A DNA stretch of 64,000 nucleotides from Brevundimonas sp. (GCF_027487935.1 NZ_JAIYCP010000021.1:63271-127270); one strand, 5' to 3'. Shown: positions 42,207 to 52,818, numbered from the stretch's first letter. Notes: generated by a model from the letters alone, not told the origin. Translations and numbers: made by a program.

Positions 42207-43298
42207 TCAGCCCCCTGTCGTGGGAACCTGGGCCGTCTCGACCGCGACAGCCTCCGCCTGGGCCTGGGCCTCCGCCTGGGCGGCCTGGGTGCGGGCCACG
42301 ACCTCGGCGGCCGCCTGACGGGCGAGGGTCTGGGCACGGGCGTTGAGCTGGCTGAGCGGGGTCTGCTCAGCGGTGAGCGTGCCGCCGTGTTCGCCGTTCA
42401 GATAGACGTCAAAATCGGCGAAATGACTGGAGACGTCCACCACAGCCGCCACGCCGGCAGGCGCACGCCAGGCATCTCCGGCCGCCAGCTGTCGCGCGAA
42501 AAGGACCCGGCCGTCCGCCATCCGGACCACCAGACTCGCCGCCTTGCGCGCCTGGATGACCACCTGTGAGGCACCGGCCGAAGCGCCATAGATGGCGCCG
42601 CGGGGGTTGAAGGCCCGCTGCACCGGCGGCGCGCCGAAGGCCGCCGCGGCAAGGGCTTCGGGCGAGGCCGGGTCGACGCCGGTCAGCTCGGCCTCGAGAC
42701 CCGGCGTGATGTAGAGGGCCGGTATGGTCTGGTCCGGCGGGGCCGGGCGCGGCGCGGAGAGGCGCAGGGCCTCAGGCTGGCCGGGGACGGCCCCAAGGGT
42801 CCAGCTTTCCGGAATGGCGGTCAGGTCGGAAGGCTGGGGGGCCCGCATCAGGCTGACACGCTGGAACACGTTCCAGCCGACCACGGCGATGATGAGGGCC
42901 AGGCCGGCGGCAATCAGACGCGGCGAATAGCGACGGACCTCCTCGAAGGCCACGCCGACCGGGGCCTGAAGGGGCACGGAGGGATCGGGGCTCTCGCGCT
43001 TGAACCGCTCCACCGCCAGCTGTTCGTCAAGGCCCAGCGCGCCGGCATAGGCGCGCACATAGCCGATCGAGAAGACCCGGTTGGGCAGGGTCGAGAAATC
43101 ATTCTGTTCCAGCGCCGTCAGATAGCGCGGCGGAACGCGGGTGAGGCTGGACAGTTCGGCCAGGGAGCGGCCGGAGTATTCACGGGCGATGCGCAGGCCG
43201 TCGCCCAGAGTCGCCGCATCCGTGACGGAAGGAACGACATCCTTCCAGTCTGGATGAGCCCTGAGCTCTTCGGAGGTTCCCCCCGCATCCAGCGCCAT
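42207..43298 (-). CDS. rodZ: RodZ cytoskeletal membrane protein
   Basis: N-terminal HTH ([10 protein letters not shown]...YLTALEQ...[12 protein letters not shown]), one TM, periplasmic domain; ptsP-rodZ-ispG order. Confidence 0.88.
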   Translation of the reverse strand: MALDAGGTSEELRAHPDWKDVVPSVTDAATLGDGLRIAREYSGRSLAELSSLTRVPPRYLTALEQNDFSTLPNRVFSIGYVRAYAGALGLDEQLAVERFKRESPDPSVPLQAPVGVAFEEVRRYSPRLIAAGLALIIAVVGWNVFQRVSLMRAPQPSDLTAIPESWTLGAVPGQPEALRLSAPRPAPPDQTIPALYITPGLEAELTGVDPASPEALAAAAFGAPPVQRAFNPRGAIYGASAGASQVVIQARKAASLVVRMADGRVLFARQLAAGDAWRAPAGVAAVVDVSSHFADFDVYLNGEHGGTLTAEQTPLSQLNARAQTLARQAAAEVVARTQAAQAEAQAQAEAVAVETAQVPTTGG

Positions 43299-43422
43299 TA
43301 CGCCTGACCCCACACTCGGCGGGCGCGAGGGATCCCCCCGCGTCGCCATACTCGAACTGACGGCCCGTACCATATCGGGACGGCGGTTCCGGCCTGCCCC
43401 CGCAGACCACCACGACCCAGCT

Positions 43423-43431
43423 TGTGGATAA
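43423..43431 (-). promoter_or_regulatory. Consensus DnaA box upstream of rodZ
   Basis: TGTGGATAA on + equals TTATCCACA on -. Confidence 0.55.
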
Positions 43432-43492
43432 CTCATTAGAGCCGCCCGATCAACGATTTGTTAGCCATCCCGACGTGTCGGACCGGGACGGT

Positions 43493-45757
43493 TCAGATCG
43501 TGACGTTCAACTTCCGCGCCAGGGATTCGAGCTCACCCCGGATTGAGCCGGCAGAGGAGCCCAGCAGGCTGGCCATGCTGCGCCGGGCGGCGGTCAGGTC
43601 GGCCGACAGGATCATCCGCTTCACCGATCCGACGCCGCCCGCCGGAGCCGAAAGGCGGGTGAACCCCAGGGTCAGGAGGGCGAAGGCTTCCAGCGGCCGG
43701 CCGGCCAGTTCTCCGCAAACCGACACAGGCGTGCCGGTCTCGGCGCATTTTTTCTGGATCTCGGCCAGGGCGCGCAGGGCCGGAGGCGACAGGGGGTCGT
43801 AGCGATCGGAAACCAGCGGGTTCGTCCGGTCGGCGGCGAACATGTACTGGAACAGGTCATTGGTCCCGACCGACACGAAATCGGTCAGGGGCAGAAGCGC
43901 GTCGAGGTGCCAGAGCAAAGACGGGCATTCGATCATGGCCCCCACCCGCAGCAGGGCCGGCAGTTCCCGGCCCCGGCGTTTGGCCCAGGCGCATTCGACA
44001 TCGACCATCTCGCGCGCTGCACGGAACTCGTCGACTGTGGCGATCATCGGGAACATCACCCGCAGCTCGCGGCCGGCGGCGGCGGTCAGAAGGGCCCGCA
44101 GCTGCAGCCGCAGCAGGCCGGGCCGGTCAAGACCGAGGCGGATGGCACGGCGGCCCAGGGCGGGATTCTCCTCCCGTTCGGTCTCCAGATAGGGCAGCAC
44201 CTTGTCGCCACCGATATCGAGGGTGCGGAAGGTGACGGGCCGGTCTCCGGCCGTGTCCAGAACCAGCTTGTACAGGGCGGTCTGGCTGGTCAGGCGGGGC
44301 AGTTCCTCCGAGACCATGAACTGGAATTCGGTGCGAAACAGGCCGATGCCCTCGGCACCGGTGGCGTCCAGGTTCTCCAGATCGACAGCCAGGCCCGCGT
44401 TGGTGAGGACGGTGATCCGGGTCCCGTCGAGGGTGACGGCCGGAACGTCGCGGAGCTTGGTGAATTCGGCCTGGCGCGCACTGCGGACCAGCATGCGTGA
44501 CTGGACGGCGGCCAGCATGTCGGGGCGAGGACGCAGATAGGTCTCACCGGTCTCGCCGTCGACGATGACGAGGTCGCCTTCCGACAACCGGTCGCGCAGC
44601 CCCATGATGCGCCCGACACAGGGGATCTGCAGGGCGCGGGCGACGATGGCGGCGTGGCTGGCGGCCGAGCCCTCCTCGAGCAGGAGGCCCCGCAGCTTGT
44701 GGCGGGGATATTCCAGCAGATCGGCCGGACCGAGGTTACGGGCGACAAGGATCGCATCGTCGGGCAGGTCGCGCTCGCCCGGCCTGTCGCCGGCCAGCAC
44801 CCGCAACAGCCGGTTCGCCAGATCCTCGAAGTCGTGCAGCCGCTCCTTGATGTAGGGGTCGCGGGCCTGGGCGAACCGGGCGCGGTGCTCGTTCCGGACG
44901 CGGTCAACGGCGGCCTCGGCGGTCAGGCCGGTTCGGACAGCCTCTTCAAGCGAACGGTTCCAGCCCCGGTCGTCGGCGAACATCCGGTAGGTTTCCAGCA
45001 CCTCGAACGGCAGGCCCGCGAGCTTGCCCTGACCGCCGTCAAGGATGGAATCGATATGGGCCTTGAGGCTGATCAAGGCCTCGCGCAGCCGGATCTCCTC
45101 GACCTGCTGGTTCTCGGCCAGAAGGTTCTCGGGCGCGACCGGAGCCTCGTGCAGGATGACGTGACCGTAGGCCAGACCCTCGGCGAAGCGCTGGCCCTTG
45201 AGGCGTTCGGGCCGGTGCGGCGCGACCTCGATGTCGCGCAACTCGTCCTGTGCCAGCAATTCACCGGAGGCCACGGTCTCGGCAAGGACCATGGCGATGG
45301 TCTGGATGTCCTCGACTTCCTCGTCATCATAGCGCCGCTCGGAGCGGTTCTGGACGACGAGCACACCGATCGCGCGGCCGCCGCGCAGCAGGGGGGCACC
45401 GAGAAAGGCGTGATAGGGGTCCTCGCCCGTCTCCGGCCGGTAGGCGAAGCTGGGATGGGACGGTGCGTCCGACAGGCTGATGGGGGCTGCGGTGCGCGCC
45501 ACCTCACCGACCAGGCCCTCGCCGGGACGCAGCCGGGTCGTGTGGACGGCCTCGGGCTTCAGGCCCTGGGTGGCGAAGAGTTCAAGCTCGCCGGAGGCGC
45601 GGCGCAGATAGATCGAACAGACCTCGGCCACCATCGACTGGGCGATGATGCGCACCACCGTATCGAGCCGGTCCTGGGCCGGAGTCGCGCCGGCCATGGC
45701 TTCGCGAATCTGGCGAAGGAGGTTCCGTGGCCCCGTCGTCAATCCGCCAACCGGCAT
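43493..45757 (-). CDS. ptsP: PTS enzyme I-Ntr
   Basis: N-terminal GAF domain, SHAAI phospho-His, GIGLFRTEF, VSVGTNDL. Confidence 0.96.
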   Translation of the reverse strand: MPVGGLTTGPRNLLRQIREAMAGATPAQDRLDTVVRIIAQSMVAEVCSIYLRRASGELELFATQGLKPEAVHTTRLRPGEGLVGEVARTAAPISLSDAPSHPSFAYRPETGEDPYHAFLGAPLLRGGRAIGVLVVQNRSERRYDDEEVEDIQTIAMVLAETVASGELLAQDELRDIEVAPHRPERLKGQRFAEGLAYGHVILHEAPVAPENLLAENQQVEEIRLREALISLKAHIDSILDGGQGKLAGLPFEVLETYRMFADDRGWNRSLEEAVRTGLTAEAAVDRVRNEHRARFAQARDPYIKERLHDFEDLANRLLRVLAGDRPGERDLPDDAILVARNLGPADLLEYPRHKLRGLLLEEGSAASHAAIVARALQIPCVGRIMGLRDRLSEGDLVIVDGETGETYLRPRPDMLAAVQSRMLVRSARQAEFTKLRDVPAVTLDGTRITVLTNAGLAVDLENLDATGAEGIGLFRTEFQFMVSEELPRLTSQTALYKLVLDTAGDRPVTFRTLDIGGDKVLPYLETEREENPALGRRAIRLGLDRPGLLRLQLRALLTAAAGRELRVMFPMIATVDEFRAAREMVDVECAWAKRRGRELPALLRVGAMIECPSLLWHLDALLPLTDFVSVGTNDLFQYMFAADRTNPLVSDRYDPLSPPALRALAEIQKKCAETGTPVSVCGELAGRPLEAFALLTLGFTRLSAPAGGVGSVKRMILSADLTAARRSMASLLGSSAGSIRGELESLARKLNVTI

Positions 45758-45807
45758 GGCCCCTCCTGATGAACGACGCCGCAGATGGGCGCCGTCCGGC
45801 TCAATTC

Positions 45808-47097
45808 CTAGACTTGCTCAAGTCCATAAGCGGCATGAAGTGCACGAACTGCCAATTCCGCATAGGCAGCGTCGATCAATACGCTGATCTTGATCTCGGA
45901 TGTCGAGATGGCCTGAAACTTCACGCCCTTGTCGGCGAGGGCCCGGAACATGGTCTGGGCCACCCCCGCATGGCTGCGCATGCCGACGCCGACGACCGAG
46001 ACCTTGGCGACATCCTCATCGACACGCAGTTCCTCGAAACCGAGTTCGGTCCGGGCGGCGCGCATGAGCTCGGCGGCGCGGGCGGCGTCGCGGCGGCCGG
46101 TGGTAAAGGTCAGGTTGACCGCGCCCTCGCTGCGCGCCTGGCTCTGCACGATCATGTCGACATTGACGTTGGCCCCGGCCAGCCGGGCGAAGACGTCAGC
46201 CGGCGCCTCGACCCGGTCAGAAAGGCCCAGCAGGGTGATACGGGCCTCGTCGCGGCTCATGGTCACGCCCGATACGATGCGTTTTTCCACGATTTCCTCC
46301 TCGTCGCAGATCAGTGTGCCGGACTTGGCGGGCAGGATGCCGTTTTCGTCGGGTTCGATAAAGCTGGACAGCACCCGGAGCGGCACCCGTTTGGCCATGG
46401 CCAGTTCGACCGAGCGGGTCTGCAACACCCTTGCCCCCAGCGAGGCCATTTCCAGCATCTCCTCATAGGAGATCTTCTCGAGACGCCGCGCGCGCGATTC
46501 GATGCGGGGGTCGGTCGTATAGACGCCGTCCACGTCCGTGTAGATGTCGCAAGGGCAGCTGAGGGCGGCGGCGACCGCCACCGCCGAGGTGTCCGAGCCG
46601 CCGCGGCCGAGGGTGGTGATCCGCCCCGAGCGGCTGACGCCCTGGAAGCCGGGCACCACGGCGATCTCGCCTGCGTCCATGGCGGCACCCAGGACCTCGC
46701 CGGGCACCTCCTCGATCCGGGCGCGACCGTGGGCCTCATCGGTGAGGATGGGAATCTGCCAGCCCATCCAGCTGCGGGCATTCAGGCCCATGTTGCGCAA
46801 GGTCAGGGCCAGCAGGCCGGCGGTGACCTGTTCGCCCGAGGCGACGACGATGTCGTATTCATCATCCGAGAGCTCGACCCCCTGGCCCGGCCGCCCCGCG
46901 CCGTCGGTCCAGGCGACCAGTTCATTGGTCTTGCCCGCCATGGCGGAGACGACCACGGCGACCTGTTTGCCCGCAGCGGCCTCGGCCGCGACGATGCGGG
47001 CGGCGCGGCGGATGCGTTCGAGGTCGCCCATGGAGGTGCCGCCGAACTTCATCACCAGTCGCGTCTTGGCTGACCGCGTTTCGTCTGGCCGCGTCAT
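45808..47097 (-). CDS. lysC: Aspartate kinase
   Basis: [23 protein letters not shown], two ACT domains; true start near 47097, not the ORF-track start. Confidence 0.95.
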   Translation of the reverse strand: MTRPDETRSAKTRLVMKFGGTSMGDLERIRRAARIVAAEAAAGKQVAVVVSAMAGKTNELVAWTDGAGRPGQGVELSDDEYDIVVASGEQVTAGLLALTLRNMGLNARSWMGWQIPILTDEAHGRARIEEVPGEVLGAAMDAGEIAVVPGFQGVSRSGRITTLGRGGSDTSAVAVAAALSCPCDIYTDVDGVYTTDPRIESRARRLEKISYEEMLEMASLGARVLQTRSVELAMAKRVPLRVLSSFIEPDENGILPAKSGTLICDEEEIVEKRIVSGVTMSRDEARITLLGLSDRVEAPADVFARLAGANVNVDMIVQSQARSEGAVNLTFTTGRRDAARAAELMRAARTELGFEELRVDEDVAKVSVVGVGMRSHAGVAQTMFRALADKGVKFQAISTSEIKISVLIDAAYAELAVRALHAAYGLEQV

Positions 47098-47152
47098 CGT
47101 GGCGGATCGCCCCATCTTGCATGGAAGGCCGCGCGGGTTCATCCCTCGGCCC

Positions 47153-47956
47153 ATGGCCGCTTCTAACGACAGGGTATCGGCGCGCAAACCCCAAAGCGGC
47201 GCGGAATTCGAAGGCGGGGCTGCCGGCCCCTCGATAGATCCCGCCGATGTGGCGCGATTTTCGGCCCAGGCGGCGGAATGGTGGGACGCCCACGGACCTT
47301 TCGCACCGCTGCACAAATTCAATCCGGCCCGGCTGGCCTTCGTCCGCGACCGGGCGGCGGAGCGGTTCGGGCGCGATGTCAGGGCACGGGCCGCCTTTGC
47401 CGGCCTGACCCTGCTGGACGTCGGCTGCGGCGGCGGGCTGATCGCCGAACCGATGCGGCGGCTGGGCTTCCAGGTCACCGCCGTCGACGCCTCGGCAGAA
47501 AACATCGGAACGGCGCGGGCCCATGCGGAACAGCAGGGCCTCGACATCGCCTATCGCGCCGCCACCGTCGAACAGCTGGAGGCCGAGGGGGCCGGGCCTT
47601 TCGACGTCGTGCTGACGCTTGAGGTGATTGAACATGTGGCCGATCCGGAGGCCTTCATCCGCGCCTGTTCGCGGCTGGTGAAGCCCGGCGGGATGATGAT
47701 CGTCGCCACGCTGAACCGGACGCTGAAGGCGCTGGCGCTCGGCAAGGTCGCTGCGGAATACGTCCTGCGCTGGGTGCCCGCCGGGACCCATGACTGGAGC
47801 CAGTTCCTCAAGCCGGAGGAGATCCGGCGGATGCTGTCGGAGGAGCCGGTGGCGGTCAGTGGACCGTTCGGGCTGGCCTATGATCCGTTTGCGGATCGTT
47901 GGAGCGAAAGCGACGATACCGCTATAAACTATCTGATGATCGCAACGCGGGACTGA
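47153..47956 (+). CDS. ubiG: Ubiquinone biosynthesis O-methyltransferase
   Basis: [38 protein letters not shown]. Confidence 0.95.
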   Translation: MAASNDRVSARKPQSGAEFEGGAAGPSIDPADVARFSAQAAEWWDAHGPFAPLHKFNPARLAFVRDRAAERFGRDVRARAAFAGLTLLDVGCGGGLIAEPMRRLGFQVTAVDASAENIGTARAHAEQQGLDIAYRAATVEQLEAEGAGPFDVVLTLEVIEHVADPEAFIRACSRLVKPGGMMIVATLNRTLKALALGKVAAEYVLRWVPAGTHDWSQFLKPEEIRRMLSEEPVAVSGPFGLAYDPFADRWSESDDTAINYLMIATRD

Positions 47957-47978
47957 AGCCCGCGGCAAGGAGTTCCGC

Positions 47979-48362
47979 ATGATCGCCATCCTGTCCGCCG
48001 CCCTGCTGGCCACAGCCACCACCCAGGCTCCGCCCCTCACCGCGACCCAGGAGGCGGCGACCGACAGTCGCGGCGTGGCGGGCCTCTGCATCCGCTGGGG
48101 GCGAGGGCGGCCTTCGCGGGTCGCCCAGGCGGTCATTGTGCGCTCAACCGGCAACCGGGCGCTGGACCGCCGCATCTCGGACGCGATCCCCATGATGGAC
48201 TGGCCGACCGGCGTGGACAATTATCGCGGCCAGTGGATGGGTATCTGGATGGCGGTTGGGGGTGCCGAAAGCCCCCCGGCGACCGAACCCCTGCCGGACT
48301 GTTCCGGGCAGCGGGATCGCAGTTGGGCACCGCCGCCCGTGCCGGCCACCCCGGCGACCTGA
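47979..48362 (+). CDS. Secreted protein with TonB C-terminal-like segment
   Basis: Signal peptide; VIVRSTGNRALDRRISDAI..MDW resembles TonB_C. Confidence 0.5.
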   Translation: MIAILSAALLATATTQAPPLTATQEAATDSRGVAGLCIRWGRGRPSRVAQAVIVRSTGNRALDRRISDAIPMMDWPTGVDNYRGQWMGIWMAVGGAESPPATEPLPDCSGQRDRSWAPPPVPATPAT

Positions 48363-48382
48363 CTGTCGGGCGGACCCGACCC

Positions 48383-48402
48383 GGTTCATCGGGGGTTCAT
48401 CG
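48383..48402 (+). promoter_or_regulatory. 11-bp-period direct repeat, candidate response-regulator site
   Basis: GGTTCATCG at 48383 and 48394, upstream of the small lipoprotein gene. Confidence 0.4.
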
Positions 48403-48485
48403 ACCTGACCTCGTTGTAACGGGACAGGAAGGCCGGTCGGTGGGATGAGGGGTCTCCTCTCCACCTCCAGAAACAGGAGCCCCAC

Positions 48486-48707
48486 GTGAAACGCCTGCTC
48501 ATCCTCTCCGTCCTGTCCGCCGCCCTGTTGACCTCGGCCTGTGTCACCGTGATCGATGCCTCGGACAGCGACGACCTGGCCTGGCATGGCGAGAACGCCC
48601 AGCCGTTCGACGCCGCCCGCGCAGAATGCCGCGCCTCGACCGGCGAGGGCATTCGCAGCGACGCCTTTCGCGGTTGCATGGCCGGCAAGGGCTGGACGCG
48701 CGGCTAG
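48486..48707 (+). CDS. Small lipoprotein, 73 aa
   Basis: Lipobox LTSAC, AGGAG RBS before GTG, two further Cys. Confidence 0.75.
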   Translation: MKRLLILSVLSAALLTSACVTVIDASDSDDLAWHGENAQPFDAARAECRASTGEGIRSDAFRGCMAGKGWTRG

Positions 48708-49321
48708 GGCCTGACCCGCGCGTAAGGACCCGCGGCGCCCTCCTGCCGGTGCCGTGACCCGGGCTGCGGCGGGATTTCGCCCTGGCCGGTCAGGTGGCGG
48801 ATCATATAGCAGGCGTCCGCGCCATAGGACGCCAGCTTGTCCGCCATGCCGGGCGGGTCGATGACCACGAAGCCGTGCCGTTCCCAGAACGGTGCGGCGT
48901 CATTGACCGCCACCAGGGTCAGGGCCGGCCAGCCGGCGGCGCGGGCCTCCTGCGCCAGACGCTCGACAACGGGACGGGACCAGCCGGCCCCGCGCACCGG
49001 CGGGGCAAGGGCGAGGTCGTGCAGATACATCACGGCGGCATCGTCCGGTATGGCGCTGATCAGGGTGTCCAGCGCCGGCGCGGCGTGCGCCGTCCACGGA
49101 TAGGCCACCAGATAGCCGACCGGCGCGGTGCCCTCCCCCGCCAGCACAAAACAGCCGGACGGGTTCAGGCTGAGCCGGTTCTCGAAACAGGCGCGGCCTT
49201 CGAAATGGTCCGGGAAACCGACGGCGGCGATCGTCGTGACGGCGTCCAGATCGGCAACCGTCATCGTCCGCCAGTCCAGGCCGGACAAGGGCTGTCGGGC
49301 GGGGCCGCCTTGAAACGCCAT
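48704..49321 (-). CDS. GNAT acetyltransferase
   Basis: YLHDLALAPPVRGAG, LVAVNDAAPFWERHGF; start may be 49264. Confidence 0.85.
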   Translation of the reverse strand: MAFQGGPARQPLSGLDWRTMTVADLDAVTTIAAVGFPDHFEGRACFENRLSLNPSGCFVLAGEGTAPVGYLVAYPWTAHAAPALDTLISAIPDDAAVMYLHDLALAPPVRGAGWSRPVVERLAQEARAAGWPALTLVAVNDAAPFWERHGFVVIDPPGMADKLASYGADACYMIRHLTGQGEIPPQPGSRHRQEGAAGPYARVRP

Positions 49322-49346
49322 TACGGACTCCGCCTTCGGGTTACGC

Positions 49347-49778
49347 TCAGTGCGCCTTGGCCGGATCGGGCGGGAGCGGCGGCAGGGCGGCGCAGGGGAT
49401 GCCGTCGTCCTTCAGCTTCTTCACCTCGGCGGGCGTGGCCTCACCATAGATTTCGCGCTTCTCGGACCGACCTTCATGGATGTCCCGGGCCTCGCGGGCG
49501 AAGGCGTCGCCGACATAGTCGAAATTCTGCTCGACGTGGGACCGCACCTCGCGGGCCATCCGGGTCATCATGGTCTGCATCGTCGCAAGATCGGGTCCCG
49601 ACGCCGTCTTGCGGGTCCCGGCGACAGCCGGGGCCATGATCTGTTTGGACACCCCGCGCGAGCCGCAGAGCGGGCATTCGACCAGTCCGCGTGCGGCCTG
49701 GTCGTCATAGGCGGCCGAGTCGCCGAACCAGGCCTCGAAGCCGTGTCCGTGATCGCACTGAAGGGCGTAGCGGATCAT
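49347..49778 (-). CDS. DUF1178 family protein
   Basis: MIRYALQC..GHGFEAWF, CPLCG, DYVGDAFAREAR. Confidence 0.88.
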   Translation of the reverse strand: MIRYALQCDHGHGFEAWFGDSAAYDDQAARGLVECPLCGSRGVSKQIMAPAVAGTRKTASGPDLATMQTMMTRMAREVRSHVEQNFDYVGDAFAREARDIHEGRSEKREIYGEATPAEVKKLKDDGIPCAALPPLPPDPAKAH

Positions 49779-50611
49779 TGTGGTCCGGCGAACCTGCGGT
49801 CGTGGGTCAGTTGCGGCACGGCGTTACGGGCGCGTGTGACGGCGTCGAAATCCAGGGCCGCATGGAGGATACCCGGCTCGTCGTGATCAAGCCTGGCCAC
49901 GACCTCGCCCCAGGGGCCGACGACGGTCGACCGGCCCCAGGTGCGGCGGCCGTCCTCATGCAGACCGGCCTGGGCCGGAGCGAGGATCCAGCAGCCCGTC
50001 TCGATGGCCCTGGCCCGCAACAGGGTTTCCCAATGGGCCTCGCCGGTCGGGACGGTGAAGGCGGCGGGCACGGAGATCATGCCGGCGCCGGCCCCGGCCA
50101 GGGCGCGATACAGCTGCGGGAAGCGGATATCGTAGCAGATGGTCAGGCCGAGCCGGGCCCAGGGCGTGTCGGCCACCACAGCGGCATCGCCGGGACGGAT
50201 GGCGGCGCTTTCGCGCCAGCGCTCGCCGGTCGGCAGGTCGACATCATAGACGTGCAGCTTGTCATAGGTCGCCACCACAGCGCCCGCATCGTCGATCAGC
50301 AGGGAGCGGTTGGCGGCGCGGTCGTCGCCCGGATGGCCCGACCGGACAATGGCCGAGCCGATCAGAAGCCAGACGCCGAGTTCCTGCGCCAGGGCGCGCA
50401 GGCCGGTGACCACCACATCGAGATCCGGGTCCGTGAGGACGGCGGCACGGGCCGCCGGGTCCCGGATCAGGAAATTGGTCGCTTCCGGCGTCAGGATCAG
50501 TTTCGCCCCGCCTGCCGCCGCCTCCCGGATCAGGGGTTCAACATGGGCCAGGGCCGCCGCCGGACTGGCCGGAGTGCGGGTCTGGATCAGGGCGATCGGA
50601 AGTGTTGCCAT
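49775..50611 (-). CDS. Carbon-nitrogen hydrolase (Nit1-like amidase)
   Basis: Triad contexts TPE, YDKLH, ICYDIRFP. Confidence 0.92.
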   Translation of the reverse strand: MATLPIALIQTRTPASPAAALAHVEPLIREAAAGGAKLILTPEATNFLIRDPAARAAVLTDPDLDVVVTGLRALAQELGVWLLIGSAIVRSGHPGDDRAANRSLLIDDAGAVVATYDKLHVYDVDLPTGERWRESAAIRPGDAAVVADTPWARLGLTICYDIRFPQLYRALAGAGAGMISVPAAFTVPTGEAHWETLLRARAIETGCWILAPAQAGLHEDGRRTWGRSTVVGPWGEVVARLDHDEPGILHAALDFDAVTRARNAVPQLTHDRRFAGPQ

Positions 50612-50868
50612 CAGGGCCGGAGCAATGCGTCGAGCTCGCCCTTGCGGTCAAGCGCGTGCAGGTCGTCAGAACCGCCGATGTGTTTTCCGCCGATGAAGAT
50701 CTGCGGGAAGGTCATGCGACCGCCGGAGCGCTGGATCATTTCCTGCTTCTTCGCAGGGTCATGGGAGGCGACGATGTCCTCATAGGGCGCGCCCTTGCGA
50801 TCGAGCAGGTCCCGGGCGGCGTGGCAGTAGCCACAGCCGGGCTTGGTATAGAGAACGATGTCAGCCAA
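50611..50868 (-). CDS. grxC: Glutaredoxin 3
   Basis: CGYC, TFPQIFI, GGSDDL; TTG 50868 chosen. Confidence 0.9.
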   Translation of the reverse strand: MADIVLYTKPGCGYCHAARDLLDRKGAPYEDIVASHDPAKKQEMIQRSGGRMTFPQIFIGGKHIGGSDDLHALDRKGELDALLRP

Positions 50869-50922
50869 GGCGGAACTCCGGTCAGAAAGCAACGCCCGCC
50901 GCCGGGGCGGCCGGGCCTGCCC

Positions 50923-51729
50923 CTATGTAGGCAATTCCCGTGCCGTTCGCACCCGGGCCACGACCGCGAGATCCACAGCGCGGGCACCGGCCTCGATCAG
51001 GGCCCGGGCGCAGGCCTCGGCGGTGGCCCCCGTGGTCAGCACATCGTCGACCAGAAGGATGCGGCGGCCCCTGATCCGTCGCCGGCCCGCCTCGCTGACG
51101 GCGAAGGCCTTTCTGACATTCAGACGACGGCCGCGCGCGGACTTGCCGCCCTGGGTGGTCGTGTGGGTCGTCCGGATCAGGGCGTCCGGCAGGTAGTCGA
51201 GCCCCGCGTCACGCGCCAGCGGCCGGGCGATCTCGGCGGCCTGGTTGAAACGCCGCGACAGCAGGCGAAAGCGGTGCAGGGGCACCGGAACGAGGGCGTC
51301 CGCTTCGTCCAGCAATGGCGAGGACGAACGGGCGATCCAGCGGGCGAACAGGGGCGCATAGGGCTGGTGGTCGCCATGTTTGAACTTCAGGATCAGGCCG
51401 CGCGAGGCCTCGTCATAAACGCAGGCCGCCCGGGCGCGGGCGAAGGCATAGGGCTGGGCCAGACAGGCGGCGCACCGGGGCGCGGCAAAAGGCCCGCCGT
51501 CCATCTCGAACCCCGCGCCGCAGCCGTCACAGACCGGGTCCTCGAGGAAGGTCACCCGGCTCCAGGCCCCGGCGGTCAGGCCGGGGGAACCGGCGGCCTC
51601 CGGGCTGTCGTGGGCCAGGGACGGCAGCAGCAGGTCGGTCACGCCGCGGGCAACGACACGGGCACCGAACCCGATCCGCGGCAAGGCCGCTTTCAATCGG
51701 TCGCGCCAGACCCCATCCTGAAGTCCCAT
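50923..51729 (-). CDS. comF: ComF family protein
   Basis: Cys motifs, VPVPLH, RRFNQA, LLVDDVLTTGAT. Confidence 0.9.
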   Translation of the reverse strand: MGLQDGVWRDRLKAALPRIGFGARVVARGVTDLLLPSLAHDSPEAAGSPGLTAGAWSRVTFLEDPVCDGCGAGFEMDGGPFAAPRCAACLAQPYAFARARAACVYDEASRGLILKFKHGDHQPYAPLFARWIARSSSPLLDEADALVPVPLHRFRLLSRRFNQAAEIARPLARDAGLDYLPDALIRTTHTTTQGGKSARGRRLNVRKAFAVSEAGRRRIRGRRILLVDDVLTTGATAEACARALIEAGARAVDLAVVARVRTARELPT

Positions 51730-52612
51730 GAGCCCTTCCTCCGGTCCTCCGCATATCTTCGACGTTCAGCGCCGCACGGCAAGGCTCGAACGCAGCGAAC
51801 GATCGCTTTCCCGCGCCGACTTCCTGCATGCGCGGGCGGCGGAGAACGCCGTGGGCAGTCTGGAGGCCCTGGTCCGCGACTGGCCCGGGGCGGCTGATCT
51901 GTCTGCGCACCCGGGAGCCTTCGCCGCCGCCCTGGCCGAAAGCGGGGCGGCGGACCGGGTCGGCCCGGTGAAGACGGTCGGCGACCGGGCGGCGCGCGCC
52001 GGGCCGGGTGCGGCCCCGCTCGATCTGGTGGACGGGTCGCAGGACCTGATCGTCTCCCTGATGAGCCTGCACTGGGCCAATGACCTGCCGGGCGCCCTGA
52101 GCCAGATCCGGCGGGCGCTGAAACCCGACGGCCTGTTTCTGGGCACCCTGCTGGGAGCCGGGACGCTGAAGGAGCTGCGTGCGGTCCTGACCGAGGCCGA
52201 ACTGGAGGCGCGCGGCGGGGCCCAGGCCCGGGTCTCGCCCTTTGCCGACGGTTTCGACGGCGCGGCCCTGCTGCAGAGGGCCGGGTTCGCCCTGCCGGTG
52301 GCCGATGTCGACCGGGTGACGGTGCGCTATCCCGACCTGCCGGCCCTGATCCGGGATTTGCGCGCCATGGGCGAGACCAATGGTCTGGCGGGGCCGGTGC
52401 GGCCGCTGACGCGGGGCATCGTCGGCCGGGCGGCGCAGCTGTATGCGGAACGCCATGCCGACAACGACGGCCGCATTCCGGCGACCTTCGAGATCGTACA
52501 TCTGGCCGGCTGGGCCCCGCACGAGAGCCAGCAGAAACCCCTGCCGCGAGGGTCAGCGAAGATGCGGCTGGCGGATGCGCTGGGGGTCAGGGAGCAGACG
52601 GGAGAGGACTGA
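51728..52612 (+). CDS. SAM-dependent methyltransferase (BioC/NDUFAF5-like)
   Basis: SLHWANDLPG, LGAGTLKELR, GFALPVAD, PATFEI. Confidence 0.85.
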   Translation: MSPSSGPPHIFDVQRRTARLERSERSLSRADFLHARAAENAVGSLEALVRDWPGAADLSAHPGAFAAALAESGAADRVGPVKTVGDRAARAGPGAAPLDLVDGSQDLIVSLMSLHWANDLPGALSQIRRALKPDGLFLGTLLGAGTLKELRAVLTEAELEARGGAQARVSPFADGFDGAALLQRAGFALPVADVDRVTVRYPDLPALIRDLRAMGETNGLAGPVRPLTRGIVGRAAQLYAERHADNDGRIPATFEIVHLAGWAPHESQQKPLPRGSAKMRLADALGVREQTGED

Positions 52613-52615
52613 GCC

Positions 52616-52798
52616 TCAGCCGCCCATGGCGCCGCGGACCCTGTCCATGGCACCGTTTATGATACCGCTGCCCGTTGCGCCGAAGGCCTGCAAGGCGCCG
52701 AGGATGACGAGGAACATCAGCGCCAGGATCATGCCGTATTCGATGGCGGTCGCGCCGCTTTCGTCGCGCAGGAGGCGGGAGAGGAAGCGTTTCATCAT
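52616..52798 (-). CDS. Flp family type IVb pilin
   Basis: RDESG-ATAIEYG cleavage motif, then hydrophobic helix; about 60 aa. Confidence 0.88.
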   Translation of the reverse strand: MMKRFLSRLLRDESGATAIEYGMILALMFLVILGALQAFGATGSGIINGAMDRVRGAMGG

Positions 52799-52818
52799 CG
52801 GCCCCCTCCTTCCGGTGG

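Noticed and set aside
45808-47547. 579-aa aspartate kinase with long N-terminal extension, as in the ORF track
   Set aside because: The extension overlaps ubiG on the other strand; kinase homology begins at about 47097.
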